DNA of 64,000 nucleotides from Elusimicrobiota bacterium (GTDB lineage Bacteria; Elusimicrobiota; Endomicrobiia; Endomicrobiales; JBDRNC01): NCBI GenBank assembly GCA_043811535.1, contig JBDRNC010000004.1, positions 1 to 64,000 of the forward strand, read 5' to 3'. Shown piece by piece: positions 1 to 10,615 of this stretch (position 1 is its first letter; each line of letters starts with the position of its first letter). The notes under the pieces were generated by a model. It saw only the letters and a program-made list of their open reading frames with translations, ran no database searches and was not told where the DNA came from. The position numbers and the translations under genes were made by a program.

Positions 1-138
1 CTCCAGCGCTACCTTTGCTTTGAACCCTGCCTCGAACCTCTTCCGCATCATTTCAGGCCTCCTTTTAGGCTTCCATTATACTGCTTTTTACACCTTAAAT
101 CAGCCTAAATAGTGGCCCAGTTTTTCCCGAGTATTATA
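1..138 (-). mobile_element. Left end of an IS3-family insertion sequence; orfA starts at 51 and runs off the window
   Basis: Minus strand reads AAGGAGG then ATG at 51, giving MMRKRFEAGFKAKVALE, a typical IS3 OrfA N-terminus. An IR-like end TATAATACTCGGGAAAAACTGGGCCACTATTTAGG starts at about 138. Confidence 0.8.
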
Positions 139-189
139 ATACGATCCCCTAGTAAACGCCATTCGAACCAGTCTCGACGGAAACCTAAA

Positions 190-225
190 GCCTCTTTAGC
201 TTGAATTATTTCAAGCTAAAGAGGC
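190..225. terminator. Perfect 16-bp inverted repeat downstream of 249..1121, probable terminator
   Basis: GCCTCTTTAGCTTGAA-ttat-TTCAAGCTAAAGAGGC. Confidence 0.6.
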
Positions 226-248
226 AATGTATATGAGCGCATTTTGCC

Positions 249-1121
249 TTATTTTCTCAACGAGTACACCGCACTTTGACTTATGTATTTTGTAGATATT
301 CTCTTGAACATCTCGTACAATTCCATGTACTTGAATCCTCTCGATGCAATTTCCTTCTTAATGTCATTGCTGTCGTAGGGCTTATTCTTTACGATACTGG
401 ACCCGGGAATTATCTTCCCTTCTTCGTATTGAAACACATTAATCATTCCGGCCCAAAGCATATCCCAGATGAGTTCCGGCATTATTATCCCTTCGATCCT
501 CGCATCTTTATAGTCAATTATATAGCTGGCGCCTCTTTTTTCGGGTATTTTCTTTACCACGCATCCGAGCAATTCATCAACCTTTTTTTCCAGGCTTATT
601 TCTTCCGGGGGATCCGCAAGCGTTACTCTGGGAAAATCCCGGTGCGCGGCCTTTATTTGACGATAAATGTGGTTAAACAAACCCTTCACGATGGGCCTTC
701 TGTATTCGTCCCATTGCTTATAAGATTCATAATCATCTTTTTCCGGTTCAATTACATGCATCTCGTACGGCGCCGCGCCTTTCAATTCTTTCTTGAGCCC
801 AAGGTCGTCAACTACCAGAGCTATTATATGCTTTTTGCTCAACGAGGCGTAACTGACGATCGGTTTATTCCCCACCCTTAGCGATTCCAGCTTGAACATC
901 TGCAGCCGGAATGTCTGGATAAAACTCAATACTTCCTCTTTAGAGAAGGAGTTCTTCATGAACGTCAGATAATAGGGTTTAAATCCAGCGTCATGCTGCC
1001 AATAAAGGGACGCGATGCCGCCTTTTCTAAATACAAGGCCCCTGTTCGGCATTTCGAGGTCTTTCATCGGTTCCCTGATGCTTACCACAAACCTGTTTTC
1101 AAATTCAAAGTAATCGGCCAT
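249..1121 (-). CDS. Hypothetical protein (290 aa)
   Basis: Long ORF with CAGGAG RBS upstream and a hairpin downstream; no family recognised. Confidence 0.8.
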   Translation of the reverse strand: MADYFEFENRFVVSIREPMKDLEMPNRGLVFRKGGIASLYWQHDAGFKPYYLTFMKNSFSKEEVLSFIQTFRLQMFKLESLRVGNKPIVSYASLSKKHIIALVVDDLGLKKELKGAAPYEMHVIEPEKDDYESYKQWDEYRRPIVKGLFNHIYRQIKAAHRDFPRVTLADPPEEISLEKKVDELLGCVVKKIPEKRGASYIIDYKDARIEGIIMPELIWDMLWAGMINVFQYEEGKIIPGSSIVKNKPYDSNDIKKEIASRGFKYMELYEMFKRISTKYISQSAVYSLRK

Positions 1122-1199
1122 GAGATTTCTCCTGTTTTCGATATTATCTTATCATTATTATCTGATTATTTATACCAAATATTTTATTCAGATACAACT

Positions 1200-1346
1200 T
1201 CAAAGCACGGCATGCGTCATGTGGAACATCACCTTTTGCAGGCTGATCCTTTTCTCCCTTGCTTCCCTCAGGATGCACTTCATGTGTAATTTAGCCCTGC
1301 AGAACCAGGAATGCAGCGCCCCGTAACAGATTTTATTGATTTCCAT
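1200..1346 (-). CDS. Small basic Cys/His-containing protein (48 aa), last gene of the RND operon; not in the ORF track
   Basis: GGAGG-N8-ATG at 1346, overlapping the RND gene end. Translation MEINKICYGALHSWFCRAKLHMKCILREAREKRISLQKVMFHMTHAVL, stop TGA at 1202-1200. Confidence 0.55.
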   Translation of the reverse strand: MEINKICYGALHSWFCRAKLHMKCILREAREKRISLQKVMFHMTHAVL

Positions 1347-4300
1347 GATACCCGCCTCCTTCGATATTTCCTCTCTCAACTACAATATACCGATCCGGCG
1401 CCATTTTTTGTTGCCAAAAAACATACTTTTCCAGAACGAATTTCTTGACATCACTATTTATTATATAGAAACAAGGCACAATAAACAGGGTCAATATAGT
1501 AGAGGTTAACAAACCTCCTATCACAGTCAGGGCAAGCGGGCTCCAAAGCACCGACGATTCGCTCCTATCCATGGCCATGGGCAGCAATCCAAGCACCGTA
1601 GTAATAGTCGTCATCATAATAGGCCTCCGCCTCTGGCCGCTTGCCTCGATAATTATGTCATAAATGCTTCTGTCCAGTATCCCCTTATCCCTTTCTTTAA
1701 TTGTATTTATCTTGTCTACGAGCATTATCCCGTTATTTACGACTATTCCGCATAGCATGAGCATCCCGACCGATACCCCGAGTGTCACGGTGCTTTTTGT
1801 AAGGGATAATGCCGCCACCCCTCCGATTCCGGATAACAGCACTGTTATCATGATGATGAACGGCTGGCTCAGTGATTCAAACTGGCAGGCAAGAACAACA
1901 AAAATCAATAAAATCGTTACAGCCATCGCCTGCCAAAGTTCGCGGTTTGCCTTGACCATTTCATCATAGTCCCCACCTATATCCGCGTAATATTCTTCCG
2001 GAAAGGATACTTTTTTGAATAGGTCTTTAACATTTTTCGCGGCCTCGCTTAGCGGCATTGAACTCAAATTCGCGCTGACCTGAATCATCCTTGACTTGTT
2101 CCTGTGCCATATTTCGCTTGGGGACAGCCCGAATACCAGCCTTGACAGGTGCTCTACCGGCACCTGAAAACCATACGGCGAAACAAACAGCATGCTTTTC
2201 AGCTGTTCAACGCTGGCGCACTGGGAAGGCGATATTCTTACTATAGTTTCAACTTCTTCATTTTTGTCATAAAATGAAGTGGCCCTTAGACCTCTCATTT
2301 GCGCGTGCAGAGTTTCGCTGATTTCCTTGTTATCCAGCCCGAACAGGGGCACTCTTTCGGGATCAAGCATTACCGTTGCTTCGGGCTGGCCGGGCCTATA
2401 CCTTACTTTTATGTCTGAAAACCCCTTCACTCTTCCCATTTCCGTCGCGACCTGCATCGCCAGTTTTGAAAGCGTATCATAGTTTTGCCCGAATACTTCA
2501 ACGAATATTTCCTTTCCGCTTATAGGTTCGGAAAAATATATGAAGGTATCATATTTTTCCCCTATCCCCTTGAATCTTCTTCTCATCTTGTCTATTATCT
2601 GCTGCGTCGAGAAACTACGCTCCGCTCTTGGCGCCAGCGTGACGTAAACCTTTGAAGACCACCCCTCCACACGCGATGAAATTCCCTTAATCATATCTTT
2701 AGTATCCGGCATTTCCCGGATCTTTTTCTCGACTTCCTTAACAATTTGGTCGGAAATATCCAGCCGCACGCCGGATGCAAGTTCTACATATATCACGAAT
2801 TCGTTCTGCTCGGAAGAAGTCATGAAATCTTTCGGCAACTTAAAGACAAATATCATAACTGAAACAAGAAAAAGCAAGACTACGCCGCCCACAATCATTT
2901 TTCTTCTATCAAGGCACCATGAAAGCCAGCGGGCATAATTGCTGAACATGAATAAGCCGGCGGCAAGAAGCGCACTGACGCACAATAAATACAAAGAGAT
3001 GCCTAATTCAACTTTCACCGCGAAATGGGCCGATACAAGAATAATGCCGGCCAGTATTCCCGCCGCTGCAAGTATCTTGTATTTTTTGCCGCTAATCTTA
3101 CGTGATATGGCGTTATAAAAATTCAATATCCAGGCGCGAATCATCTTGCTTTTTTTCATTATTTTTATTGATATTCCGTTGTTTTCTTCTTCCGCGTGCC
3201 CGAACCGAAGTGAAAGCGCCGGGACGAGCGACAGCGCGGAAAACAATGAAGCAAGAAGCGACGCGATAACTGTAAACGCTATTCCGCCGTATAGTATTTG
3301 AGTCTGCTTCTGGAGAAGGAAGAACGGGAGGAAAACGACGATGGTTGTCAGCGTTCCGCCAATCATCGGAGCGACCATCTCGGCCGCCGCTTGTTCAATC
3401 TGCCGTCTCGTCGCCATTTGAGGCATTATTTTGCGAATGCGGTCATAGTTTTCAAGCACAACAATGGAATTATCAACGAGAAGCCCGATACCCAGCACAA
3501 GCCCTGAAAGCGAGATAACATTCAAAGTGAATTTCTCGAAATACATGAAGACAAGCGTTATGAAGACAGAAACTGGAATCGTAAACGCCACCACAAACGA
3601 CGGCAGAATATCTTTACGCCACAATACGGCGGTCACTGCTACCGACATTAATACGCCGGCGACAATCCACCTGCTTGATTCCAGCGGAATTCCCAGCCAA
3701 TTGAAAATCAGCAGAATTCCCAAAAGCAGGCCGAACAACCCCCCGACAATTGTTTTGGTAAACGCCGTTTTGCTTAGGAACATGCTCAGGACCAAAATGA
3801 CCAGCACTATCCCGTACATCATTGTCAGTTTAACGGAATTCAGCGATCCGAGTATAGCAGTGCTCTGGTCCGATACTATAAGCATTTGCGTGTTTTTATC
3901 CAATTTGGATTTGAAATTATTAAGCGATTTGCGTATTTCCTCCGCTACTTTTACGGTGTTCGTAAGGCTTTCCTTCTGAATATAGAGAGTCACCGCCGCT
4001 TTTGAATTAAGCCTTGAGTAGGATTCCGCCTCAAGGTATGAGTCCTTTACTCCTGCGATGTCTTTCAGCCGGACAATCCCCCCTTTCTCCGAGACTGATA
4101 TTCCTATATTCTCGATTTCGCCGACCGACCTGAAAGCCCCCACCGCTCTTAACCCGTACCCGACAGACCGGCCCTTTAATTCCCCCACCTGAATATTAAG
4201 GTTATTCTGTTCAAGCACAGCAACCACTTTTTTGATAGGGATACCCAAGGCCGCAAGCCGGTTTTTGTCTATGTTGACGAGGATTTTTCTCTCCCTGCCG

Positions 4301-4896
4301 CCGCCAATCTCGACGTTCGCCACCCCCGAAATCCGGAGCAGTCTTTCCTTCAAATTCTCTTCCACAATGCGCCGTAGTTCCTCGGGGGTATGGGTATCGG
4401 AAGTGAGCGCCGCTATGACGACAGGCGCGTCAGATTCCTCGTACCTGGCTATTATCGGCCTTTCTATCTCTTTTGGCAGTTTTGGTTTTACCTTCAGGAA
4501 TTTTTCCCTGACTTCGAGCGTCGCGAGGCTCATGTTTGTTCCCGGATCGAATTCCAGCGACACGACCGACTTGTTTTTCTTCGAAGAGGATATAATATTC
4601 TTCATCTTAGATACGCTCGCCATCGCCTCCTCAACGGGCTTTGTCACGAGCCTTTCAACATCCGGGGGCGGCATGCCCCCTCTGATGTCTATATATATAG
4701 TTATATTACCGTAGGAAACGTCGGGCATAAGCTCCAGCGGAAGGTTTGTAAGCGAGACTATCCCCGTAAGCATAATAAGGCCTATTATCATGCTGTAAGA
4801 TACCGGCCTTGTTAACGCAAAGCCCGGAAGGCGCCGCGCTAAAATAATAAGCAACACACCAAATATGGAAAGATGCAATATATGAAGTGGATTCAT
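1333..4896 (-). CDS. RND (AcrB/AcrD/AcrF family) transporter permease with extra hydrophobic insertions
   Basis: LPLELMPD, VERLVTKPVEEAM, GLLVDNSIVVLEN, VVNNGIMLVD, RRRPIMMTTITTVLGLLPMA; ATGA overlap with the upstream RND gene. Confidence 0.95.
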   Translation of the reverse strand: MNPLHILHLSIFGVLLIILARRLPGFALTRPVSYSMIIGLIMLTGIVSLTNLPLELMPDVSYGNITIYIDIRGGMPPPDVERLVTKPVEEAMASVSKMKNIISSSKKNKSVVSLEFDPGTNMSLATLEVREKFLKVKPKLPKEIERPIIARYEESDAPVVIAALTSDTHTPEELRRIVEENLKERLLRISGVANVEIGGGRERKILVNIDKNRLAALGIPIKKVVAVLEQNNLNIQVGELKGRSVGYGLRAVGAFRSVGEIENIGISVSEKGGIVRLKDIAGVKDSYLEAESYSRLNSKAAVTLYIQKESLTNTVKVAEEIRKSLNNFKSKLDKNTQMLIVSDQSTAILGSLNSVKLTMMYGIVLVILVLSMFLSKTAFTKTIVGGLFGLLLGILLIFNWLGIPLESSRWIVAGVLMSVAVTAVLWRKDILPSFVVAFTIPVSVFITLVFMYFEKFTLNVISLSGLVLGIGLLVDNSIVVLENYDRIRKIMPQMATRRQIEQAAAEMVAPMIGGTLTTIVVFLPFFLLQKQTQILYGGIAFTVIASLLASLFSALSLVPALSLRFGHAEEENNGISIKIMKKSKMIRAWILNFYNAISRKISGKKYKILAAAGILAGIILVSAHFAVKVELGISLYLLCVSALLAAGLFMFSNYARWLSWCLDRRKMIVGGVVLLFLVSVMIFVFKLPKDFMTSSEQNEFVIYVELASGVRLDISDQIVKEVEKKIREMPDTKDMIKGISSRVEGWSSKVYVTLAPRAERSFSTQQIIDKMRRRFKGIGEKYDTFIYFSEPISGKEIFVEVFGQNYDTLSKLAMQVATEMGRVKGFSDIKVRYRPGQPEATVMLDPERVPLFGLDNKEISETLHAQMRGLRATSFYDKNEEVETIVRISPSQCASVEQLKSMLFVSPYGFQVPVEHLSRLVFGLSPSEIWHRNKSRMIQVSANLSSMPLSEAAKNVKDLFKKVSFPEEYYADIGGDYDEMVKANRELWQAMAVTILLIFVVLACQFESLSQPFIIMITVLLSGIGGVAALSLTKSTVTLGVSVGMLMLCGIVVNNGIMLVDKINTIKERDKGILDRSIYDIIIEASGQRRRPIMMTTITTVLGLLPMAMDRSESSVLWSPLALTVIGGLLTSTILTLFIVPCFYIINSDVKKFVLEKYVFWQQKMAPDRYIVVERGNIEGGGYHGNQ

Positions 4897-7800
4897 GGTC
4901 TTTGATTATGCAGCAATCTTTCCTGCGTGAACACGTATATCGCAGGAAGGAAAAGCAGCGTCAGGCACGTGGAAACTATGAAGCCGAAAATGACCACTAT
5001 TGCCATGGGCGACTGCATCTGGGCCTCCTTGCCGAATCCGACAGCAACCGGCAGCAGCCCGAGAACGGTGGTGCAAACCGTTATCATTATAGGGCGCAGG
5101 CGTATGTGCGCCGCGCTCCATATGGCATCCCTAACCTGGACTCCCCGGGCCATCTCCTGGTTGGCAAAATCTATCAATACGATGCCGTTATTCACCGTTA
5201 TGCCGCACAACAACACCATGCCGACTCCCGCTATGACCGATATCGAGTTGCCGGTCAGTAACAGGGCCGGCGCCAGCCCGATCAGCGCGAGAGGAATTGT
5301 GAACATGATGAGAAGCGGCTTCCAAAACGATTCAAACTGCGCCGCCATTATCATGTAAACAAGCAATAAGGAAAGGAATAACACGAATTTCAGGCTATTA
5401 TATGATTCGGCAAGCTGCGCGGCTTCGCCTGTCAGGCTGAACGTCAAATCGGGATATAATGCGCGCATTTCTCCGGTTATTTTTTCAAGCTGCGGGCGGA
5501 CGGCGCTAAGCGGCTTGTTAAACAGGTCCGCTGTCACCAGAACAGTTCTCTGCTGGTCGTAGTGAAGTATCTCACTGGGACCGAGCCTCCTTGTAAGCGT
5601 GGCAACGGATTCCAGAGCCACGTCCATTTCCAACGGTGAACGAATAAGCAGGGAATTGAGCGCCTTCATGTCGTTTCTGTCTTCGGGAGAAAGCCGAACC
5701 CGTATGTCAATCTCTTTTCCCTCCTCCCTGAATTTCGATACTGCTTTTCCTTTCACTGCCAGAAGCATCGTGTTTGCTATGTCTGTTACCGAAAGCCCGT
5801 ACAACGCAAGACTGTCCCGATCGATATCTATGCCGATTTCCTGGGAGCTCAGATTCAATGAACTTGCTATGCTGTAGGCGCCGGGTATTTCTTTCAGCCG
5901 CGTCTTTACCTCATCGGAGGCGTTTTGCAGTATGTTCAGGTCATAACCTTGAACCTCTACGACGATAGGCGAACCGCCGCCGGCAGCGCCCGATATGGAA
6001 GAAAGCGACCCGCTCTGCTGCTGTGTGAATAATATCTTGCCCCCTGACAAGTCCGTGTTCTCAAGTCTTTTTTTCAGGTCCTGTATGACAACGCCCGTCT
6101 TGCGCCTACGTTTTTCCCGTAGATCTACGACAATCTGTGACTCATTCGCGCCCAACGGCTGAAGCCCTTCTTTTGCAACAGAACCGACAGTCGTCATCAT
6201 ATGCTCCACTTCCGGCACGCTCTGAAGCGCTGATTCTATGTTTCCCGCGACGCGGTTCGTGATTTCAAGCTTCGTGCCGACGGGCATTTTAAGGCTCGCG
6301 ATAAACTGGCCCTGATCGATCTTGGGGAATATCTCTTTGGGAAGGAAGAAAAGAAGTACAACGCTTAACACGCATGCGCTGACGGCATAGGCCACGAGTT
6401 TTAAAGGATTCTCCACCGACCAACACAGGGCAAGGTCATAAATCCTGTTAAATCCAGAACTGTAACCGCTTAATTTGTCATGCAGAAGGTTATTCGCTTT
6501 TGCTTTTTTGGATTTAAGGCCCGCAAGCATGGGAAGAAGCGTGAAATACACGAGAAGCGAGGCGTGTGTGAAGACTATCGCGAGGGAAAAATCCTTGAAT
6601 ACCTGGCCGATGACTCCTACAACGAAGATAAGCGGAAGGAATACGACTATCTGCGTGCCTCCGGAGCTTACCACCGCGCCAATGACTTCGGTAGCGCCGG
6701 CAATCGCCGAATCACGCGGCGTTTCTCCCTTTTCCTTATGCCGGGCAATATTTTCAATAATAACGATGGCTCCGTCTGCTAACAGGCCTATCCCCACCAC
6801 AAGCCCTGACAGTGATATCGTATTAAGCGTTATCCCGTTAATATAAAGAAGTAAAATTGTTATCGCGATTGAAGAAGGAATGACCGCGCTGACCACGAGC
6901 GCGTCTTTTGAGCTTCCCAGAAATATATATAAAACAAGGAAGGAGAGAAGCGCGCCTATCAGCCCTTCCCTCACCATATCGCCTATCCCGTTTTTTATAA
7001 AGACCGACTGGTCATATACAATCTTCAGGTCCACTCCGTCAGGCAGTTTGCTTTTGATATCTTCCAGTTTCTTTTTCGTCGCGTCGGCTACTTCCACGAC
7101 GTTCGCCTCGCCCTGTTTGAGTATTGACAGGGATACGTTTTCCCTGCCGTCATACCTTGAGAAACTTTCGGGTTCCTGAAAAGTGTCTTTTACTGTCCCC
7201 AACGCCGACAGCATGACCATGGGCGAACCGGCGTCGGATTTTTGCGCGTAATCTCGTTTGTTCCTCGCGGGCATATGCGATTTAGGCTGGCTTGGAAGGA
7301 CTCTTTCGCGGTCAACTTTAACCACCACATTTTCTATGTCTTTCGGGAGATTGAATGCGCCCATGACCCTGACTACGTATTCATAGGTTTCGTCTTTAAC
7401 AGTACCCGCCGGGTAAGTTATGTTTGCCTTATCTATCGCGTCAGCGACCTTAAGAATGGGTAAATCGTAATTCGCAAGATTAGATTGTTTCAGCTCTACT
7501 TCGATTTCGCGTTCAATTCCGCCGGTTATGGATACCGCGGCGACCCCCGGGACTTTCTCCATTAATTCCGATACCGGCCGCTTCGCGATTTTCAGAAGTT
7601 CCTGCGGGGGGCGGTTCCCGGTCAGGCTGAATATCATCACGGGCATCGCGAACGGATTGAATTTTTCGATCTGCGGCTCGCCGGCGTCCCTAGGGAGTTT
7701 CGCCTTCGCAAGGTCTATCTTCTCCCTCATGTTAAGGGAAGCAAAATCCATGTTTATTCCCCATATAAACTCAACCGTGACTATGGAAATGCCTTCCTTG

Positions 7801-8051
7801 GACACGGAATGGATCCTGCGGACTCCTTTCACGGTCCCGCATGCTTCTTCGATTACCTTTGTAACGAGATTTTCCACTTCCTGGCTTGACGCGTTTTCGT
7901 AATTGGTGAGCACCGTCAATTGCGGAAACTCAAGGTTCGGCATGAACTCCCTTGGCAGCCTGTTCCACGAAATAAAACCAAGAAGAAACATAAGCACGTA
8001 CAGCATGCTTATTGTTATCTTCCTGGTAACCGCAAACCTTATTAATTTCAT
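4893..8051 (-). CDS. RND (AcrB/AcrD/AcrF family) transporter permease
   Basis: LPREFMPNLEFPQLTV, EVENLVTKVIEE, GLLADGAIVIIENI, VNNGIVLID, RLRPIMIT...LGLLPVA. Confidence 0.95.
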   Translation of the reverse strand: MKLIRFAVTRKITISMLYVLMFLLGFISWNRLPREFMPNLEFPQLTVLTNYENASSQEVENLVTKVIEEACGTVKGVRRIHSVSKEGISIVTVEFIWGINMDFASLNMREKIDLAKAKLPRDAGEPQIEKFNPFAMPVMIFSLTGNRPPQELLKIAKRPVSELMEKVPGVAAVSITGGIEREIEVELKQSNLANYDLPILKVADAIDKANITYPAGTVKDETYEYVVRVMGAFNLPKDIENVVVKVDRERVLPSQPKSHMPARNKRDYAQKSDAGSPMVMLSALGTVKDTFQEPESFSRYDGRENVSLSILKQGEANVVEVADATKKKLEDIKSKLPDGVDLKIVYDQSVFIKNGIGDMVREGLIGALLSFLVLYIFLGSSKDALVVSAVIPSSIAITILLLYINGITLNTISLSGLVVGIGLLADGAIVIIENIARHKEKGETPRDSAIAGATEVIGAVVSSGGTQIVVFLPLIFVVGVIGQVFKDFSLAIVFTHASLLVYFTLLPMLAGLKSKKAKANNLLHDKLSGYSSGFNRIYDLALCWSVENPLKLVAYAVSACVLSVVLLFFLPKEIFPKIDQGQFIASLKMPVGTKLEITNRVAGNIESALQSVPEVEHMMTTVGSVAKEGLQPLGANESQIVVDLREKRRRKTGVVIQDLKKRLENTDLSGGKILFTQQQSGSLSSISGAAGGGSPIVVEVQGYDLNILQNASDEVKTRLKEIPGAYSIASSLNLSSQEIGIDIDRDSLALYGLSVTDIANTMLLAVKGKAVSKFREEGKEIDIRVRLSPEDRNDMKALNSLLIRSPLEMDVALESVATLTRRLGPSEILHYDQQRTVLVTADLFNKPLSAVRPQLEKITGEMRALYPDLTFSLTGEAAQLAESYNSLKFVLFLSLLLVYMIMAAQFESFWKPLLIMFTIPLALIGLAPALLLTGNSISVIAGVGMVLLCGITVNNGIVLIDFANQEMARGVQVRDAIWSAAHIRLRPIMITVCTTVLGLLPVAVGFGKEAQMQSPMAIVVIFGFIVSTCLTLLFLPAIYVFTQERLLHNQRP

Positions 8052-9139
8052 TTTTGTTCAGCCTTATATTCCTCGGGCTGACTGTACTTGACTCTCGCCC
8101 CCTCATTAACCCCGGCGTAATCCGGGCTGTTGATTATCACATCGCCTTCGTTTAGCCCGCTCAAAACTTCAACGTAATCGCGCGACTTATAGCCGGTAGC
8201 GATATCCCTCGCGTGCGCCTGATTGTCAGAAGCGACTACAAAAACCCTGTCCTTCCCTTCCGATAATGAGGTCACGGGCACGACAAGCGTTTGCCCGCTG
8301 AAAACGATGACGTTGCAAGTCGCCGATAACCCCGGGCGGAATCTCTTGTTATAGGTTTCAGGGAGTCCTATCCGCATGGGAACCATCCTGCTTGTCATAA
8401 GCACTTCCGGTGAAATGCCTAAAACCTCACCCATTATCGTCTCGCCCGGAAACATGTCGATAAATATTTCTACTTTCTGGCCGCTGCTTATTGAAGGTAT
8501 CTTTTTTTCTATGACGGTTGTTTCAATAAAATACGGGTCTTCGGCGCTGACGAAATACGCTATAGGCGACTGCCTTGTGACGATCTCTCCCTCCTGCGCG
8601 AGAATTTCGCCAAGGTATCCTTTCTTCGGCGCGGTTATAAAAGTATCCTCATAATCCTTTTTGGCGATATTATAGGATTCTTCCGCCTGTTCGACTTCGG
8701 ATTTGCTCGCCCCGCCGACCTCAAACAGTTTTTTCTTCCGTTCCAGTTCTATCTGGACCTGTTTCAGCCGCGCCTTGCTGCGGGTATGGTCAAGCTCGAC
8801 AATAACATCTCCCCTTTTCAGGTAATCCCCAGGCCTATAATTGTATTTCGACAAGCATTCTTCCTGCGAACTCTTGAGCTCCAGCGACGCCCCTCTCACG
8901 GTTCCGGCCAAACCCCGCAATGTATCGCTAAAAGCTACTTTTTTCACTAAAAACGACTGGACATATATCTCGCCGGCGTTTCTTGCCGCGGCGGATTTTT
9001 CGCTTTCTTCAAAATTTGTTTTCACCGCGTTACCCTTCTGGTATAACAGCGCCAGCGCGCCGACTATTAGAATACATACGATCACAACAATATGAAACCT
9101 GTATTTCATGATAAACTGCAACCGTTCATGGCTTAACAT
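8048..9139 (-). CDS. RND periplasmic adaptor (membrane fusion protein)
   Basis: N-terminal TM segment, ITAPKKGYLGEI lipoyl-like half, RPGLSA, EVLSGLNEGD. Start moved to 9139 because GGAGGTGA lies just upstream of that ATG. Confidence 0.9.
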   Translation of the reverse strand: MLSHERLQFIMKYRFHIVVIVCILIVGALALLYQKGNAVKTNFEESEKSAAARNAGEIYVQSFLVKKVAFSDTLRGLAGTVRGASLELKSSQEECLSKYNYRPGDYLKRGDVIVELDHTRSKARLKQVQIELERKKKLFEVGGASKSEVEQAEESYNIAKKDYEDTFITAPKKGYLGEILAQEGEIVTRQSPIAYFVSAEDPYFIETTVIEKKIPSISSGQKVEIFIDMFPGETIMGEVLGISPEVLMTSRMVPMRIGLPETYNKRFRPGLSATCNVIVFSGQTLVVPVTSLSEGKDRVFVVASDNQAHARDIATGYKSRDYVEVLSGLNEGDVIINSPDYAGVNEGARVKYSQPEEYKAEQK

Positions 9140-9165
9140 GGCGATTTCACCTCCAAATCCGCATT

Positions 9166-10581
9166 TCATTGCTCCGTATTTATGCTGTACATATTCTCTA
9201 TCCCCACGGCTTTATTTAACGCGGCAAGAGAAATCAGATAGAATACTTTTGCATCGTTTAGCGCCGCATTTGAACTCGCGCATTTATTTATGGCTTCGGC
9301 TACGTCTATGACGCTGGCCTTGTCGTTGCCGAGGTTTATCTTGTCAATCGCAAGCTCCTTGGACGCTATCGTGGCGTCTAATTCGGAATTGCCGATCTGA
9401 ACCAGGGCCTTGCAATAGTTAAAATAGGCCTCGCGCACTTCCGAATTAACGCTTAGTTTCGCTTTATCAAGCCCGTGTAAAGACTGGTTATGTTCCAGAG
9501 CCGCTTCCTTTTCTTCCGCTTTCTGCTTGTACGCGTCAAGGAACGAGAGCGAAGTTGATACCGTATTTGATTCCGTGCGCGAAGACTGCCCCAGTTTGGG
9601 GCTTGTCTTTTGCGTCATTCCCGAGCCAGACAGCGTGTTCAGCCAGAATGTTTCCGATAATTGAACGCCTACCTGGTAGTCTTCCTTAAGTTTCAACTCC
9701 TCGCCTTCGTAAGCGCCTCCGCTCCTTCCGTAAAAGCCGGTTAAATCCAATTTCGGCCATTTATAACTTTTTTTAACTTTCATGCCGTATTTTGCTGAGG
9801 TAACCATTTCCTTTTGCATCAATATCTCGGTCTGGCAGGATGAAGCTATTCTCTGGCACTCTTCCACGTTGATATCAAGCCTGCGGAAAGGTATTTCATC
9901 CCCGGGCTCACCCTCAAGGGGTTTATCAAGCCCCAGCGCGTCGGCAAGTTTCCATTTATAATTTTCCAGATCGTATTTTGCGGTTTCCATCTGGTAGAGG
10001 GCCTGGTTGTTCTGGGATTCCACGGAAAGCAATTCCTTTTCGTTTATCATGCCGCTTTTAAACAATTCTTGCGACATCTTGTATGTTTTCGTCAGCTTAT
10101 CAAAGGCATTTTCATACTCGGACAGATCCTTGCGCGCTTTCACAAGGTTCCAGTACGCTTCAGAAACGCAATAAACCATTTCCTGCCTGGTTTTATCATA
10201 CTTCAGGACCGAAATGACGTAATTTGATTTTGCCTGCATCCGCGTCGCCCATATCTTACCGCTCTGGAACAGCGGGTACGCCAGTTGGACGCCCAAGGTC
10301 TGTTCCCTGAACGCCGGGGTTCCGATTTCTCTGATGGCGTCGCCGTTTGTTTCTTCGGCTTTTGCCGTTAAGTTTGGGAATAGATTTCTCGTAGATTCCG
10401 CCAACTTCCAGCCCGATACGTCAATTTCCTGTTTCGCCAGCTTAAGCGGCTTATAAGTGGTCTCCGCGATTTTAACGCAGCCGGAAAGCGTAAAGCTCCC
10501 GGAAGAATCCCTGATTTCTTCAATCCCGAAAAGCGGATTCATTATTCCGATAAAAATAAGTGAAAATATTATTTTTTTCAT
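9166..10581 (-). CDS. TolC-family outer membrane channel
   Basis: Signal peptide and two OEP repeats (LFPNLT...YPLFQSG...VSEAYWNL; WPKLDL...VREAYFN...LNKAVG). Confidence 0.92.
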   Translation of the reverse strand: MKKIIFSLIFIGIMNPLFGIEEIRDSSGSFTLSGCVKIAETTYKPLKLAKQEIDVSGWKLAESTRNLFPNLTAKAEETNGDAIREIGTPAFREQTLGVQLAYPLFQSGKIWATRMQAKSNYVISVLKYDKTRQEMVYCVSEAYWNLVKARKDLSEYENAFDKLTKTYKMSQELFKSGMINEKELLSVESQNNQALYQMETAKYDLENYKWKLADALGLDKPLEGEPGDEIPFRRLDINVEECQRIASSCQTEILMQKEMVTSAKYGMKVKKSYKWPKLDLTGFYGRSGGAYEGEELKLKEDYQVGVQLSETFWLNTLSGSGMTQKTSPKLGQSSRTESNTVSTSLSFLDAYKQKAEEKEAALEHNQSLHGLDKAKLSVNSEVREAYFNYCKALVQIGNSELDATIASKELAIDKINLGNDKASVIDVAEAINKCASSNAALNDAKVFYLISLAALNKAVGIENMYSINTEQ

Positions 10582-10615
10582 AATCTTTTGTATTTTAGAA
10601 CGCCCCCCCCCCGAT

